From Candidatus Sericytochromatia bacterium (GTDB lineage: Bacteria; Cyanobacteriota; Sericytochromatia; S15B-MN24; UBA4093), in assembly GCA_036676495.1 (NCBI GenBank), contig JAKFCT010000047.1, forward strand, positions 1-64,000: a DNA stretch of 64,000 bases, in the 5' to 3' direction. The notes under the pieces were generated by a model. It saw only the letters and a program-made list of their open reading frames with translations, was not told where the DNA came from and ran no database searches. Positions 48,451 through 58,168 of this stretch are shown here, piece after piece. Position 1 is the first letter of the stretch; every line of letters starts with the position of its first letter. Both the position numbers and the translations under genes were made by a program.

Positions 48451-48951
48451 CTAGCCCCGCGAGAGTTGCCGGGAGCGCTTCTCGGACAGGTAGGTCTGCA
48501 GGATGAGCAGCGCGGCCCCGACGTTCACGGCAATATCGGCGACGTTGAAGATGGGGAAGATGTTCTGCCCCTGCCAGCGGAGGTCGAACATGTCCCGCAC
48601 GTAGCCCAGCATCAGGCGATCCACCGCGTTACCCAGCGCTCCGCCAAGAAAGAGCCCCATGGCGAGGATGAGGAGCAAGTCCTTGGGTTTGGTCTTTCCC
48701 TGGTAGACCATCACGCCGATGGCCACCAGGATCGCCAGAAGCCCCAGTTTCTCGGGGTGCCCGGAGAATAAACTGAAGGCGGCCCCCGTGTTCTGAACGT
48801 ACGTGAGGTTCAAGACGCCATCCAGGAGCGGCTGGGAATGGCCCAGGGCAAGGGCCGCCACGATGCCAACCTTGGTCAATTGGTCCAAGAGCAAGGCAAC
48901 GGCCGCCGTCAGGTAGAAGGTAAGGGTTTCGTACGGGGTCTTCTTGATCAC
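48451..48951 (-). CDS. lspA: Lipoprotein signal peptidase II
   Basis: DQLTK, NTGAAFS, GALGNAVDR, FNVAD; AGGAGG RBS before GTG. Confidence 0.95.
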   Translation of the reverse strand: MIKKTPYETLTFYLTAAVALLLDQLTKVGIVAALALGHSQPLLDGVLNLTYVQNTGAAFSLFSGHPEKLGLLAILVAIGVMVYQGKTKPKDLLLILAMGLFLGGALGNAVDRLMLGYVRDMFDLRWQGQNIFPIFNVADIAVNVGAALLILQTYLSEKRSRQLSRG

Positions 48952-49126
48952 GGCTCCTCCTGCGTTCTCATCATGGCCGACCACTCGATTCTGTATACCC
49001 CAGCGAGGCTCCGGCCGCTCTGCGGGAAGTCGCGCTCCCATGTGAGCATTCGAAAACGCGCCAGCCGGGTATAGTCCCGGAGTCAACGCCCGAAGCCCTT
49101 GCCCAGAAACGGTAGAACCCGCCCGA

Positions 49127-49885
49127 ATGCCCGGTTACGAAGTCTTGCTCTACGGCCTGCCGCTCGCGTTCCTGGCCGGCTTCGTGGACGCCATCGCCGG
49201 TGGCGGCGGCGTGATCACCCTACCCACCTTGCTGATGATGGGCCTCTCGCCGGGACAGGCGGTCGCCACGAACAAGCTGCTCGCGATCTTCGGGTCGACG
49301 ACCAGCGCCGCCGCGTTCTGGCGCAAGGGCGCGGTCGATAAGCCCCTGCTCGCCCGCATCGTGCCCCTGGCACTGCTGGGAAGTGCGCTGGGCGCCCTGC
49401 TCGTCAGCCACCTGAAGGACGCGGAAGCGTTTCGCCTCTTCATCGCCGGGCTGATCCTGCTCGTCGGCACCCTGGTGATCGCGAACCGCTCGCTCGGCCT
49501 TGAGAACCGGTTTCCCGGCCTCACGCCGCGCACCCTGACGATCGGGCTGAGCGCGGCCTTCGTCATCGGGGTGTATGACGGGTTCATCGGGCCCGGCACG
49601 GGCACCTTCCTCATGTTCTGCTTCGTGAGCTTCCTGGGCTTCGACTTCGTGACCGGCAGCGGCAACGCCCGGGTCATCAACTTCGCGACCAACCTCGCGG
49701 CGGTCACGCTCTTCCTGTTCGCGGGCCAGATGATCTTCTGGCTTGGCTTGTCCATGGGGGTGGCCAATGCGCTCGGAGCCCAGCTTGGCGCCCGGATGGC
49801 CATGCTGCGCGGAAGCAAGTTCGTCAAGACGATCTACGTCATCATCGTGCTGGCGGTGGCCGTGCGGCTGGTGATCATGCGCTGA
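49127..49885 (+). CDS. TauE/SafE (TSUP) family transporter, YfcA-like
   Basis: [26 protein letters not shown]. Confidence 0.92.
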   Translation: MPGYEVLLYGLPLAFLAGFVDAIAGGGGVITLPTLLMMGLSPGQAVATNKLLAIFGSTTSAAAFWRKGAVDKPLLARIVPLALLGSALGALLVSHLKDAEAFRLFIAGLILLVGTLVIANRSLGLENRFPGLTPRTLTIGLSAAFVIGVYDGFIGPGTGTFLMFCFVSFLGFDFVTGSGNARVINFATNLAAVTLFLFAGQMIFWLGLSMGVANALGAQLGARMAMLRGSKFVKTIYVIIVLAVAVRLVIMR

Positions 49886-49951
49886 GACGCCTCCCCGCGG
49901 GCATGTGCTAGAGTAGGGCCTCGGAACCCGCGTCGATGGAAGGACCGCTCC

Positions 49952-50536
49952 ATGCCTGAAGCCAAGAAGTTTCCCTACGGCGTCCATGCCTCCGTCCAGC
50001 ACATGGCGGCGATCGCCGCCAACCTGCCCGCGAAGACCGGCAAGCGTCTGGAGGACTGGATCCAGCTCATGGAGGAGGCGGGCCCGACGGGCACCAAGGC
50101 CCGCATGGAATGGCTCAAGGTCGAGCATGGGCTGGGCCGCGACACCGCCCTGTCGATCGTGGAGATTGCCGAGGGTCGCGGCAACCCCGACCCCGAAGCC
50201 CAGGTCGAGGCCATGTTCGCAGGCCCCAAGGCGGGACTTCGGCCCCTCTACGACGCCGTGCTCGAGTTCGCCCTCGCGCTCGGAGAGGACGCCAAGGCGA
50301 CGCCATGCTCGACCTACGTCCCCCTGCTACGCCGGAACACCTTCGCGATCGTCAAGCCCACCACCCGCACCCGGATTGACCTGGGCCTCGCCCTTCCCGG
50401 CGTCGAGCCGACCGAACGTCTCAGCGTCGCCAAGGGACTGGGCAGCGCCCGGATCACCCACCTCGTCGGCCTGTCGACCCTCGACGACTTCGACGACGCC
50501 GTAAAGGGTTGGCTGCGAACGGCCTACGAAGCCTAG
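49952..50536 (+). CDS. DUF4287/DUF5655-type protein
   Basis: KTGKRLEDW..WLKVEHGLG; TYVPL..FAIVKPTTRTRIDLGL..RITH. Confidence 0.75.
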   Translation: MPEAKKFPYGVHASVQHMAAIAANLPAKTGKRLEDWIQLMEEAGPTGTKARMEWLKVEHGLGRDTALSIVEIAEGRGNPDPEAQVEAMFAGPKAGLRPLYDAVLEFALALGEDAKATPCSTYVPLLRRNTFAIVKPTTRTRIDLGLALPGVEPTERLSVAKGLGSARITHLVGLSTLDDFDDAVKGWLRTAYEA

Positions 50537-50797
50537 CGCCCGCGGCTGTTGCGAAAGGCAGCGCAGCTGTCCTGCAGCAACGAGAGGCTAGAAACAGTGG
50601 CTGTTGCGAAAGGCAGCGCAGCTGTCCTGCAGCAACGAGAGGCTAGAAACAGTGGCTGTTGCGAAAGGCAGCGCAGCTGTCCTGCAGCAACGAGAGGCTA
50701 GAAACAGCGGCGGTTGCGTAAGGCAGCGAGCGTTAACCGTGAACGGCATGAACAGGGGCAAAAATTCAAAGCTCGCCGACCTGTAGCAACGTTTTTC
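50533..50797 (+). repeat. Rod-hairpin element array B: three 55-bp-period units plus one expanded unit
   Basis: CTAG at 50533, 50588, 50643 and 50698; fourth unit has a 39-nt loop at 50732-50770. Confidence 0.92.
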
Positions 50798-50833
50798 ACT
50801 CTCACGAACGCGCCGCAACCTGGCATTCGGGGT

Positions 50834-52957
50834 TCATTGCCGCTTTCGTCGCGGCGGAGCGTCATTTCCCGGCGCCTCCACGATGCCGGGGCAGGAGTCG
50901 GCGGCATCCTTCCGCCAGCGCACGCAGCCAAAGCCTTTGCCGGAGGGGAACTTCCGGGTCGGCGCTTTGCAAACGGGGCAGGGCGGGTTCGCCAGGGCCT
51001 CGACCTCCATGATGAAGCCGCAGGCCTCACGTCCCCGCGAGCAGCAGAAGTACTCACGCCCGTTCTTTTGGCTTAGAACCCTGCGGGTGAGGGCTCCGCA
51101 GCGCAGGCAGGTCGGGTTCTCGAACATCGCCGCGACGTCCGCCTGAGCGACGGGAGCGGCGCTTGGGCGCTTGCGGCCGCCCCGAGGAGGCTTGCGCGCG
51201 GACGCCGTGGTTGGCCGGCTGGAGGCCGTGGTTGGCCGGCTCCGGGGGGAGAGGGGCCCCACCTGAGCGGCGTCGAGCATGGGGGAAAAGCCGTCCCAAA
51301 AGACGGAGAGGAAGTGATCCCATGACTCCTCCGCCTCCGCGATCCGGTCGAGGTCCGCCTCCAGCTGGGCCGTGAACCCCTCGTGAATGATCGCCGCGAA
51401 GTGCTTGCGCAGTTCGGCATCGAGCCTTTCCCCGCGCTCCGTGCATGCGAGGAACTTCCGATCGACCTTGGCCACGAACTCCTTGCGCAAGATGAGCGAG
51501 ACCATCGAGGCAAAGGTACTCGGTCTCCCGATCCCCTTCTCTTCGAGGTACTTGATGAGGGTGGCCTCGGTGAAGCGGTCGGGCGGCTTGCTCCAGTGCT
51601 GCTTGGACGCCAAATGCAGCAGGGCGAGGACTTGATCGGCCGTGAGCGCGGGGAGCCGGGTCTCCTTGGCGTCCCGATCGTCGAGGAGCTTGAGATAGCC
51701 GTGCTGCTTGAGGACGCGGCCGCTGGCCTTGAGCAGGGACTCGCCCGCCGAGATCCAGGCCTCCGTCGCGTCGAAGAGGGCGGGCCGGCACTGACTCGCC
51801 AGGTAGACCTTGGTGATGAGTTCGTAGAGCTGGCATGCGCGCGAATCGAGGCCGGATCCCGGCCTCTCGCCCAGCCGGGTGGGCCGGATGCACTCATGCG
51901 CGCCCTGGGCGCCGGCCGACTTCGCCTTGTGGAGGTTGGGTTTGGCGGGGACGACCTCGGCTCCATGGCGCTCCCGTAGGAAGTCGAGGGTCTCTTTCTG
52001 GAACTCGGGACTGACGGAGGGCTCGTCGGTGCGGATGTAGGTGACCAGGCCGGCCTCGAAAAGCGCCTTGGCATGGCGGGTGGTCTCGTCGGTGCCCATC
52101 TTGAGCTGACTCGAGGCTTGCTGGAGCATGGTGCTGGTGATCAGCGGAGCGGGGGGATTGCGCTTCACCTCCTTGCAGGAGAGGCGGGAAACGACGTGCG
52201 GCACGCCGCGCAGCGCCTGGGCGATCGCCTCCGCCTCCTCGCGCGTCGCGATCGTTTGCTTCCGGGGTAGCCGGCCCTCCGCAAGCTTGCCACCCGGGAG
52301 CTTGGCATAGAAATCCGCCTCGAAGCTCGCCTCCGCGGCCCCCGAGGGATCGCGGTAGCGCGCATGCACCGACCAGGATTCCTCGGGCGTGAAGGTTCGA
52401 ATCGCGTGCTCGCGATCGACCACGACCCGGAGGGCCACGGATTGCACGCGCCCCGCCGAGAGCTGCTGATCGCCGGGCAAGCGGTTGCGCACGATGGGAC
52501 TGACCTTGTAGCCCACCAGGCGATCGAGGATGCGCCGCGCCTGCTGCGCGTAGACCAGATTCATGTCGAGGGCCCGGATCCGCGCGAAGGCCCGGTCGAG
52601 TCCTTCACGGGTGATCTCGTGGAACTCGAGGCGCTGCACCTGGCGGCTCGACAGGCCGATGGTCTCGGCGATGTGCCACCCGATCGCCTCTCCCTCGCGA
52701 TCGGCGTCCGAGGCCACGAAGATCTGCTCGGGCCGGTAGCGGTTCTTGAGGGCCTTGAGCTTGGCCACCACGTCCTTGCGCTCCGAGGCATAGACGTAAC
52801 TGGGTTCGAAGCGGCGATCGATGGCGACCCCCAGGTCTTTCTCCGGAAGGTCCCGGAAATGCCCCACGGTCGCGATGACCTCGTAGGCGGACCCGAGCAG
52901 CTGTCGGATCGTCTTGGCCTTGTTGGGAGATTCGACGATGATGACCCGGTTTGCCAT
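50834..52957 (-). CDS. topA: Type IA DNA topoisomerase with C-terminal zinc ribbons
   Basis: IVESPNK, ASDADREGE, SAGRVQS, catalytic TYIRTD, AHECIRPT, GIGRPST; two C-terminal CxxC modules. Confidence 0.93.
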   Translation of the reverse strand: MANRVIIVESPNKAKTIRQLLGSAYEVIATVGHFRDLPEKDLGVAIDRRFEPSYVYASERKDVVAKLKALKNRYRPEQIFVASDADREGEAIGWHIAETIGLSSRQVQRLEFHEITREGLDRAFARIRALDMNLVYAQQARRILDRLVGYKVSPIVRNRLPGDQQLSAGRVQSVALRVVVDREHAIRTFTPEESWSVHARYRDPSGAAEASFEADFYAKLPGGKLAEGRLPRKQTIATREEAEAIAQALRGVPHVVSRLSCKEVKRNPPAPLITSTMLQQASSQLKMGTDETTRHAKALFEAGLVTYIRTDEPSVSPEFQKETLDFLRERHGAEVVPAKPNLHKAKSAGAQGAHECIRPTRLGERPGSGLDSRACQLYELITKVYLASQCRPALFDATEAWISAGESLLKASGRVLKQHGYLKLLDDRDAKETRLPALTADQVLALLHLASKQHWSKPPDRFTEATLIKYLEEKGIGRPSTFASMVSLILRKEFVAKVDRKFLACTERGERLDAELRKHFAAIIHEGFTAQLEADLDRIAEAEESWDHFLSVFWDGFSPMLDAAQVGPLSPRSRPTTASSRPTTASARKPPRGGRKRPSAAPVAQADVAAMFENPTCLRCGALTRRVLSQKNGREYFCCSRGREACGFIMEVEALANPPCPVCKAPTRKFPSGKGFGCVRWRKDAADSCPGIVEAPGNDAPPRRKRQ

Positions 52958-52974
52958 GGGCGCCCTCCTGGTAA

Positions 52975-52992
52975 ATGGAACATATGTTCCAT
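52975..52992. promoter_or_regulatory. LexA-type (GAAC-N4-GTTC) operator upstream of topA
   Basis: Perfect palindrome ATGGAACATATGTTCCAT between a putative -10 TAGGAT and the AGGAGG RBS on the minus strand. Confidence 0.7.
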
Positions 52993-53104
52993 CCTACTGC
53001 ATCGCGCGCGCTTCCACCAGCCGATCGATTCAGGACACATGTCCTATTCGCGCCGCGGGGATCGCGGCTTTAATCGAAGAGACACCCGAATCGAGGAGTT
53101 TTCC

Positions 53105-53530
53105 ATGCGAGGAATCTGGTTTGCGCTGCTGGCCGGCGCCTGCCTCACGCTGCAAAACGTGGCCAACGCGCAGATGGGCCGCGACATCGGCACCTGGCAA
53201 ACCGCGACGCTGACGCAGTTGACCGGCGGCCTCGTGGCCCTGGCGATCGCGATCGCCCTACGAACCGGTGGGTGGCAACCCTTCAAGCGAGTGAAGCCTC
53301 TGTATTTGACGGGGGGCGCCTTGGGGGCCGTGATCGTTTTCAGCTGCGTCACGGCGGTGCAACAAATCGGAGTTACCATGGCGGTGGCGGTGCTGCTGAT
53401 CGCCCAGCTGAGCATGACGGTCCTGGTCGATCGCAACGGCTGGTTCGGCATGGCGAAACAGGCGATCCGGCTCCCGCAGGTCGTCGGCCTCGGCCTGATG
53501 ATCGCCGGCGTGGCGATCCTGCAGTCCTGA
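53105..53530 (+). CDS. DMT-family (YdcZ-like) transporter
   Basis: AGACLTLQNVANA, GGALGA, AQL..VDRNGWFG. Confidence 0.85.
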   Translation: MRGIWFALLAGACLTLQNVANAQMGRDIGTWQTATLTQLTGGLVALAIAIALRTGGWQPFKRVKPLYLTGGALGAVIVFSCVTAVQQIGVTMAVAVLLIAQLSMTVLVDRNGWFGMAKQAIRLPQVVGLGLMIAGVAILQS

Positions 53531-53579
53531 AGGCGGCGCCGGGGCCTCGCGGGGGGCTCGGCGAAGGGGTAAACGGTTC

Positions 53580-54278
53580 TTGAGAGACATCCACGATCGC
53601 GCGCAACTGGATCGCCACCTCCGGGCGTATGGCCTCGAGGCCCTCTTCCCCGAGGCCTTGCAGCCGTATCTCTCGCTCGTCGAGTTCGAGCCCGGGGATC
53701 TCATCTGCACCCAGGGCGCGCCCGCCGAGACCCTGTACCTCCTGGTCAAGGGCAAGGTGAAGGTGTATACCACCTCGGCGGAGGGCAAGTCGCTGATCCT
53801 CTCGTTCAAGAGGCCGCTCGACCTGTTCGGGGACATCGAGCACGTCCATCGGGCGACCATCCTCAACACGGTCGAGGCCGTGTCGCCCGTCTCGATGATC
53901 GCGGTGCATGACCGCTGGCTGAGGGCCCACGCGAGCGACCACGCGCCGTTGCTGCAGTTCATGCTGGAGACCATGGCCGGGAAGTTCTACCAGATGGCCA
54001 ACGCCATGAGCTTCAACCTGATGCACCCCGTGGAGGTGCGCCTCGCGAGCTACCTGCTCTCCGTCTCGTTCGACGAGGTCGACTCCCCGCTCGGCGAGGC
54101 GAAGGGCGCCATCCCCTTGACCGACACGGCGAACCTGATCGGCACCAGCTACCGCCACCTGAACCGGGTCATCCGCCAGTTCTGCGCCGAGGACTTGATC
54201 GCGCGCCATCGCGGGGGGATCCGGATCAAGGACCGCGAGCGGTTGAGCGCGTTGGCCGGCCGCAACATCTACGAGTAG
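53580..54278 (+). CDS. Crp/Fnr-family regulator
   Basis: cNMP-type domain LYLLVKGKVKV..FGDIE; HTH IGTSYRHLNRVI. Confidence 0.9.
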   Translation: MRDIHDRAQLDRHLRAYGLEALFPEALQPYLSLVEFEPGDLICTQGAPAETLYLLVKGKVKVYTTSAEGKSLILSFKRPLDLFGDIEHVHRATILNTVEAVSPVSMIAVHDRWLRAHASDHAPLLQFMLETMAGKFYQMANAMSFNLMHPVEVRLASYLLSVSFDEVDSPLGEAKGAIPLTDTANLIGTSYRHLNRVIRQFCAEDLIARHRGGIRIKDRERLSALAGRNIYE

Positions 54279-54313
54279 CGTCATGCCGTCGCGCGTGATC
54301 GCATAAGGAGGGA

Positions 54314-54796
54314 ATGGGAATGGTATCGGGCCTCTTGTCGGCCCTCGTGGGCGGGGCGTTGGTCGCGCTGCAGAGTATCTTCAACAGCAAGGTGAACGAG
54401 CACGTCAACGTCTGGGCCACCACGGCCTGGGTCCTGGGCCTGGGGGCCCTGGCGTCGCTGGCGCTCGGGCTGTTCATGGAAGGAGCCTCCCTGTTCACCC
54501 TGCGGGCCATGCAGCCCTGGTACTGGGGCAGCGGCATCCTCGGCATCGGGGTGACCATCGGCATGGTGCAGGGCATCCGGCGGCTCGGCCCCTCGTTCGC
54601 CGTCTCGATCGTGCTGGCCTCCCAGCTCGCGTTCGCCTCGTTCTGGGATGCCATGGGCTGGTTGGGCGTGGCGCAAACCCCGCTATCGCCCAAGCGGCTG
54701 CTCGGGGTGCTGGTCATCACCGCTGGCGTGCTCGTCTTCAAGCTGGGCGGCGGGCGCGCCCCCGGGACGGCACCCGAGCCTGCCGGCGTCCGCTGA
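54314..54796 (+). CDS. DMT-family (YdcZ-like) transporter
   Basis: GGALVALQSIFNS, SQL..WDAMGWLG; paralogue of 53105. Confidence 0.85.
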   Translation: MGMVSGLLSALVGGALVALQSIFNSKVNEHVNVWATTAWVLGLGALASLALGLFMEGASLFTLRAMQPWYWGSGILGIGVTIGMVQGIRRLGPSFAVSIVLASQLAFASFWDAMGWLGVAQTPLSPKRLLGVLVITAGVLVFKLGGGRAPGTAPEPAGVR

Positions 54797-54856
54797 CGCC
54801 GCGCGCCCGGAGACCCCCATGAGACGACGTTCGACTTCTGCCCTGGAGAATGCCGC

Positions 54857-55579
54857 GTGAAACGTTACCGCAACTTGCTTTTTGACGTGGATGACACGCT
54901 GCTGGATTTCGGTGCGGCCGAGCGCCATGCCTTGCGCTTGCTGTTCGAGGAGCACGCGTTTCCCTTCACCCCGGAGACCGAAGCCGCCTATCGGCGCATC
55001 AACCAGGAGCTCTGGCTTTCCTTCGAACGAGGGGCCATCTCGCGGGACGAGGTGCTGCACAGCCGCCACACGCGCCTTTTCGCGGAGTTCGGTCGCGAGG
55101 TCGACGGCGCGAAGCTGGACCGGATCTTCAGCCGTCACCTCGAAGCGGGACACCAGCTCGTGAACGGGGCGTTCGAGTTGATCGTCAGCCTGCAGGACGA
55201 CTACGGCCTGTACCTCGTCACCAACGGCGTCTCCCGGATTCAGGACCAGCGCCTCCGGGGATCGGGCCTGCATCCGCTGTTCAAGGGCATCTTCGTGTCG
55301 GAGGACACGGGGTACCAAAAGCCGATGAAGCAGTATTTCGACTATGTCTTCGCCCGCATTCCGGGATTCTCGGCCCGCGAAACCCTGATCATCGGGGACT
55401 CGCTGAGCGCGGACATTCAGGGCGGTCACGGCGCGGGCCTGGACACCTGCTGGTTCAACCCCGGAGCGAAGCCCCATGGCCATGGCGTGACGCCCACCTA
55501 CGAGATCCGGCGGCTCGACGACCTGCATCGGATTCTGAGATCGGCCCCTCCGCGCCAAACGACAAGCGGTCGCGCGTGA
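54857..55579 (+). CDS. YjjG/YfnB-family HAD nucleotidase
   Basis: FDVDDTLLDF, VTNG, QKP, IGDSLSADIQGG. Confidence 0.93.
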   Translation: MKRYRNLLFDVDDTLLDFGAAERHALRLLFEEHAFPFTPETEAAYRRINQELWLSFERGAISRDEVLHSRHTRLFAEFGREVDGAKLDRIFSRHLEAGHQLVNGAFELIVSLQDDYGLYLVTNGVSRIQDQRLRGSGLHPLFKGIFVSEDTGYQKPMKQYFDYVFARIPGFSARETLIIGDSLSADIQGGHGAGLDTCWFNPGAKPHGHGVTPTYEIRRLDDLHRILRSAPPRQTTSGRA

Positions 55580-55831
55580 GCAACCTCGGCCCGTGACAGG
55601 CCCCGGATTCGCCGGATCAGGAACGGCCGCCCCCTCACGTTCAAGTCTCCCCGCGCCGTGAGGCGCTTTCACGAGGCTCAACATCTCGAGTGGCCATTGC
55701 CACGTCGAAAGGGAGCACCCTCTTGTTCCGTTTGGCCGTAATTCTTGCTCGCTTGCTTCTAGGTCAGGAGACGCTCCGATTTGTAAGCTGTCGCCGTGAC
55801 ACAAAAACCCACCATCGACACGGAGACAAGC

Positions 55832-57505
55832 ATGAAAAATTTTCACCTGCTCCTCGCAACCACGGTAGCCACCACCCTCTTGGGGTGCCAGCAACTGGCA
55901 CATCCCCCCATGACCTCCCCCATCTCCTCGGAGGGCCCTGACGGCAAGACAGGCTTCAACCTGCAGAGCACCGCAACGCAAGCAGGGGACATCGCGTGGA
56001 ACCACCCGTTCGGAACAACTGCCCAAGACGAGGCCTTCGGGCTATCCGCCGCTGCCAACTTCCTGACGGTCGTCGGGCGCACGTACGGTACCTTTCCCGG
56101 ACAAAATGCCTCGGGGGGTAGCGATGCTTACGCCCGAAAATACGACGACAACGGGAACGAGGTTTGGACCCGACAGTTCGGATCGACGTCCGATGATCGA
56201 GCCAATGGCGTCGTGACGGATGCCAGCGGGAACAGCTACGTGGTGGGAAGCGCCAACGCGGCATTACCCGGACAAACTCCCGTCGGGGGGAGCGACGCCT
56301 ACGTCCGAAAATACGATATCAACGGCAACGAGGTTTGGACCCGACAATTTGGCACGCTCGATTTTGATGACGGCCTGAGCATCGCCCTCGACGATACCAA
56401 CCATCTTTATGTCGTTGGACAGACGTTCGGGACTTTGCCTGGGCAAACGAAGTTCGGACTCTTCAGTGCCGATGCGTACATTCGAAAATACGATGGCAAT
56501 GGAAACGAAGTTTGGACCCGACAGTTCGGAACGGGCGGCTCCGAGGTCGCGTTTTCCGTAACCGTGGATAGCGGCAGCGTCTACGTTGCAGGAACCGTGA
56601 GCGGGGTCTTTCTTCCGGAGAGCAATTCGGGAGGGTTTGATGCCTTTGTCAGGAAGTATGACGCGAACGGCAATGCGCTCTGGACCCGGCAGTTCGGTTC
56701 TTCCGCTATGGACCAAGTGAGCGGTGTTGCAGCCGACGCGACCGGCGTGTACCTCGCAGGCGTCACCGATGGAATCTTGCCGGGGCAAAGTAGCTCAGGC
56801 GCTCAGGATGCCTTTGTAAGACGGTACGACGCAAGTGGCAACGAGGTTTGGACCCGGCAGTTCGGTTCTTCCTCCATGGACCGAGCAAACGGTATTGCCG
56901 TCGATGCCTCCGGCGTGTACCTCGCAGGCGTTGCAGGCAGCGCGTTACCCGGGCAAACGAGCTCAGGGGGGAACGATGCCTATGTACGAAAATATGATGT
57001 CGCCGGGAATGAGCGGTGGACCCGACAGTTTGGCACCGCATCTTTCGATGTGGCTGAAGGTATTGCCGTCCTGGCTTCAGGGATCTATGTCGCAGGAACC
57101 ACCAGCGGACCAGGCGGGTTCGACGCCTTTGTCGCGAAGCTACTCAAGGAAGCGGCGATAGTCGAGGCCGTGATCGACATCAAGCCCGGGACCTTCCCCA
57201 ATAGCCTCAATCTTAAATCTAACGGCAGCGAGCCTGTCGCCATCATGGGCAGTGGCGACGTCGACGCCTCCCAAATCAACCTTTCGTCGGTTTCCCTGGC
57301 GGGGGCCGCCATATCCCGAAAGAAGAACGGAGCTTTCCATGTGTCTTTGCTGGATATCAATGGCGATGGCCGCCTCGATCTCTTGGCCCAATTTCCCACG
57401 AAGGACTTGCAGCTCTCCCCGATGGATACCGCGGCCACGCTCGAAGGTCAATTCAACGATGGCACCGCGTTCGAAGGCACTGATTCCGTCCGGATCGTGA
57501 ACTAG
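55832..57505 (+). CDS. SBBP-type beta-propeller repeat lipoprotein
   Basis: Lipobox LLGC; six DAxxRKYDxxGNxxWTRQFG repeats plus split terminal halves; C-terminal IDIKPG..DINGDGRLDL domain. Confidence 0.8.
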   Translation: MKNFHLLLATTVATTLLGCQQLAHPPMTSPISSEGPDGKTGFNLQSTATQAGDIAWNHPFGTTAQDEAFGLSAAANFLTVVGRTYGTFPGQNASGGSDAYARKYDDNGNEVWTRQFGSTSDDRANGVVTDASGNSYVVGSANAALPGQTPVGGSDAYVRKYDINGNEVWTRQFGTLDFDDGLSIALDDTNHLYVVGQTFGTLPGQTKFGLFSADAYIRKYDGNGNEVWTRQFGTGGSEVAFSVTVDSGSVYVAGTVSGVFLPESNSGGFDAFVRKYDANGNALWTRQFGSSAMDQVSGVAADATGVYLAGVTDGILPGQSSSGAQDAFVRRYDASGNEVWTRQFGSSSMDRANGIAVDASGVYLAGVAGSALPGQTSSGGNDAYVRKYDVAGNERWTRQFGTASFDVAEGIAVLASGIYVAGTTSGPGGFDAFVAKLLKEAAIVEAVIDIKPGTFPNSLNLKSNGSEPVAIMGSGDVDASQINLSSVSLAGAAISRKKNGAFHVSLLDINGDGRLDLLAQFPTKDLQLSPMDTAATLEGQFNDGTAFEGTDSVRIVN

Positions 57506-57529
57506 ACGCAGCGATCGCGCCAGACAGCA

Positions 57530-57558
57530 AGAAGCCCAGGAACTCACCCTGGGCTTCT
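57530..57558 (+). terminator. Probable intrinsic terminator
   Basis: AGAAGCCCAGG-AACTCAC-CCTGGGCTTCT. Confidence 0.6.
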
Positions 57559-57799
57559 CGTTAAGGAACGCGCGATAAGCTGATTGCTTCTGGCACAGCC
57601 CTTCGCCAGGGGAGCGGCCTTCTCCAGGCTATCGCAACTGGCCGAAAAACCCTTGACCCATGACCGAGGCCACTTCTCGAAATCCCCCCTATCATCGAGG
57701 CGATTGCCTCCCGAGCCGCGGGGCCTCTCGGATGGGAGGTCGGGCTATGGGCGGACGCTCGAGGCGCGAGCCCCAGCGGGCATGTGCGAGGGCCGTTCG

Positions 57800-58168
57800 A
57801 TGCCGGACAAGAGCAAGCAAGAGCTGGCCCTGGAGCGCACCGACCTGGCGATGGCGCGAACGTTGTTTGCCAAGCAGCGGACCTTCGCGGCGTGGGTCCG
57901 GACCGGCCTGTCCTCGATGAGCGTCGGCTTCGGCATCGTCAAGCTGCTCCCCGACGTGGAGCCCCGCTGGCTGGTCGTCACCCTGGGCTGCGTCATGATC
58001 GTCGTCGGCGGGTCCATGCAGGTCCTCGGCTTCGGCGGCTACTACCGCGCGCACATGCGCCTCGAGGCCGCCGGCACCCGGGGCCCGCGTCTCTGGATGC
58101 TGGCCATGATCGCCGGCGGCATGCTGCTTTGCGCGATCATCATGCTCGTGCTGGTCGCGCTGGCATGA
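57800..58168 (+). CDS. DUF202/YidH-family membrane protein
   Basis: RTLFAKQRTFAAWVRTGL followed by three TM segments. Confidence 0.85.
   Translation: MPDKSKQELALERTDLAMARTLFAKQRTFAAWVRTGLSSMSVGFGIVKLLPDVEPRWLVVTLGCVMIVVGGSMQVLGFGGYYRAHMRLEAAGTRGPRLWMLAMIAGGMLLCAIIMLVLVALA

Noticed and set aside
50533-50701. CRISPR array
   Set aside because: Units are contiguous near-identical tandem copies with no unique spacers, and no cas genes are present; the same holds for 15103-15310.
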